DNA of 48,515 nucleotides from an uncultured Bacilli bacterium (GTDB lineage Bacteria; Bacillota_I; Bacilli_A; RF39; UBA660): NCBI GenBank assembly GCA_944331835.1, contig CALVIU010000002.1, positions 1 to 48,515 of the forward strand, read 5' to 3'. Shown piece by piece: positions 47,879 to 48,515 of this stretch (position 1 is its first letter; each line of letters starts with the position of its first letter). The notes under the pieces were generated by a model. It saw only the letters and a program-made list of their open reading frames with translations, ran no database searches and was not told where the DNA came from. The position numbers and the translations under genes were made by a program.

Positions 47879-48328
47879 ATGAAAAAAAGATTGTTAGGTA
47901 TATTTTTAATTATGTTGGGCTTTTCACTAACAGGATGTAATAAAGATGATGCTAACGTTCCAGAGAAAAATGAAACTGTATATGTTGAAAGTGAAATAAT
48001 AGATAATTTGAAAAATACTGTAAGAGTAGACATAAGAGAATTAACGGAAGATAAAATAGTTGGCACAATCACAGATAGTGAAACTATTAACGAATTAATC
48101 GCTGCAATTTCAACTAGTAGTTATAGCGGATCTGATTGTCTAGCGGATGCTCATCAAATGGAACTAGAAATGTATGACGAAAACGATAATTTGTTAGATA
48201 CAATTGATTTTTGGCCAAACATAGAAAGAATTAGACCGGAAAACTCATCCAATAACTGTTATTTTAATGTCCAAGGTGAAAACACAGTTAAAAATATAAT
48301 CGAAAGTGAAACTGATTATAAGTTTTAA
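47879..48328 (+). CDS. putative lipoprotein
   Basis: Signal peptide with LTGC lipobox; AAAGGAGG RBS. Confidence 0.8.
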   Translation: MKKRLLGIFLIMLGFSLTGCNKDDANVPEKNETVYVESEIIDNLKNTVRVDIRELTEDKIVGTITDSETINELIAAISTSSYSGSDCLADAHQMELEMYDENDNLLDTIDFWPNIERIRPENSSNNCYFNVQGENTVKNIIESETDYKF

Positions 48329-48336
48329 GGAGAAAA

Positions 48337-48515
48337 ATGAAAAAGATAATAATATTAGCAATTTTATGTTTAACTTTAACAGGATGCCAAGGCACACCTA
48401 AACAAGAAGTAGACATACCATTCAATCCCAATTACACTTTGACAATAGAATTAGATGGCGAATCTATAACTAATACAGGCTTATCATTTACTGTTTCTGA
48501 AGATATGGAAAATCC
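48337..48515 (+). CDS. putative lipoprotein (partial, runs off the window)
   Basis: MKKIIILAILCLTLTGCQGTPKQEVD...; AAGGAG RBS. Confidence 0.75.
   Translation, partial: MKKIIILAILCLTLTGCQGTPKQEVDIPFNPNYTLTIELDGESITNTGLSFTVSEDMEN

Overview
AT-rich, gene-dense chromosomal segment read with genetic code 11 (TGA is used as a stop, e.g. gltX). Almost all genes are on the + strand. Gene content and style suggest a reduced-genome Bacillota/Bacilli gut organism such as RF39; this is an inference. The housekeeping backbone includes gltX, cysS, a DD-carboxypeptidase, uppS, ldh, dgkA, csaA, uvrB, ppaC, ogt, SufC+SufBD, gpmA, a CDF exporter, copA/copZ and an ABC exporter with a two-component system. It is interleaved with orphan enzyme-like genes and several decaying genes. 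I saw no rRNA, tRNA, CRISPR array, integrase, transposase or reverse transcriptase. Two observations stand out. (1) Two tandem ORF6N(KilA-N-like)/PLD-like genes have their most variable segment encoded by an in-frame DNA palindrome, with four compensatory base-pair changes between the paralogs. (2) An unannotated candidate type I toxin-antitoxin locus at 37.1-37.4 kb has convergent promoters, a 25-aa membrane peptide, and mutually exclusive anti-SD versus 5'-3' pairings. Lesser findings: a single junction that truncates two divergent genes, a two-site MerR regulon, a four-copy operator-like array, and a dispersed set of effector-like orphans with basic C-termini.
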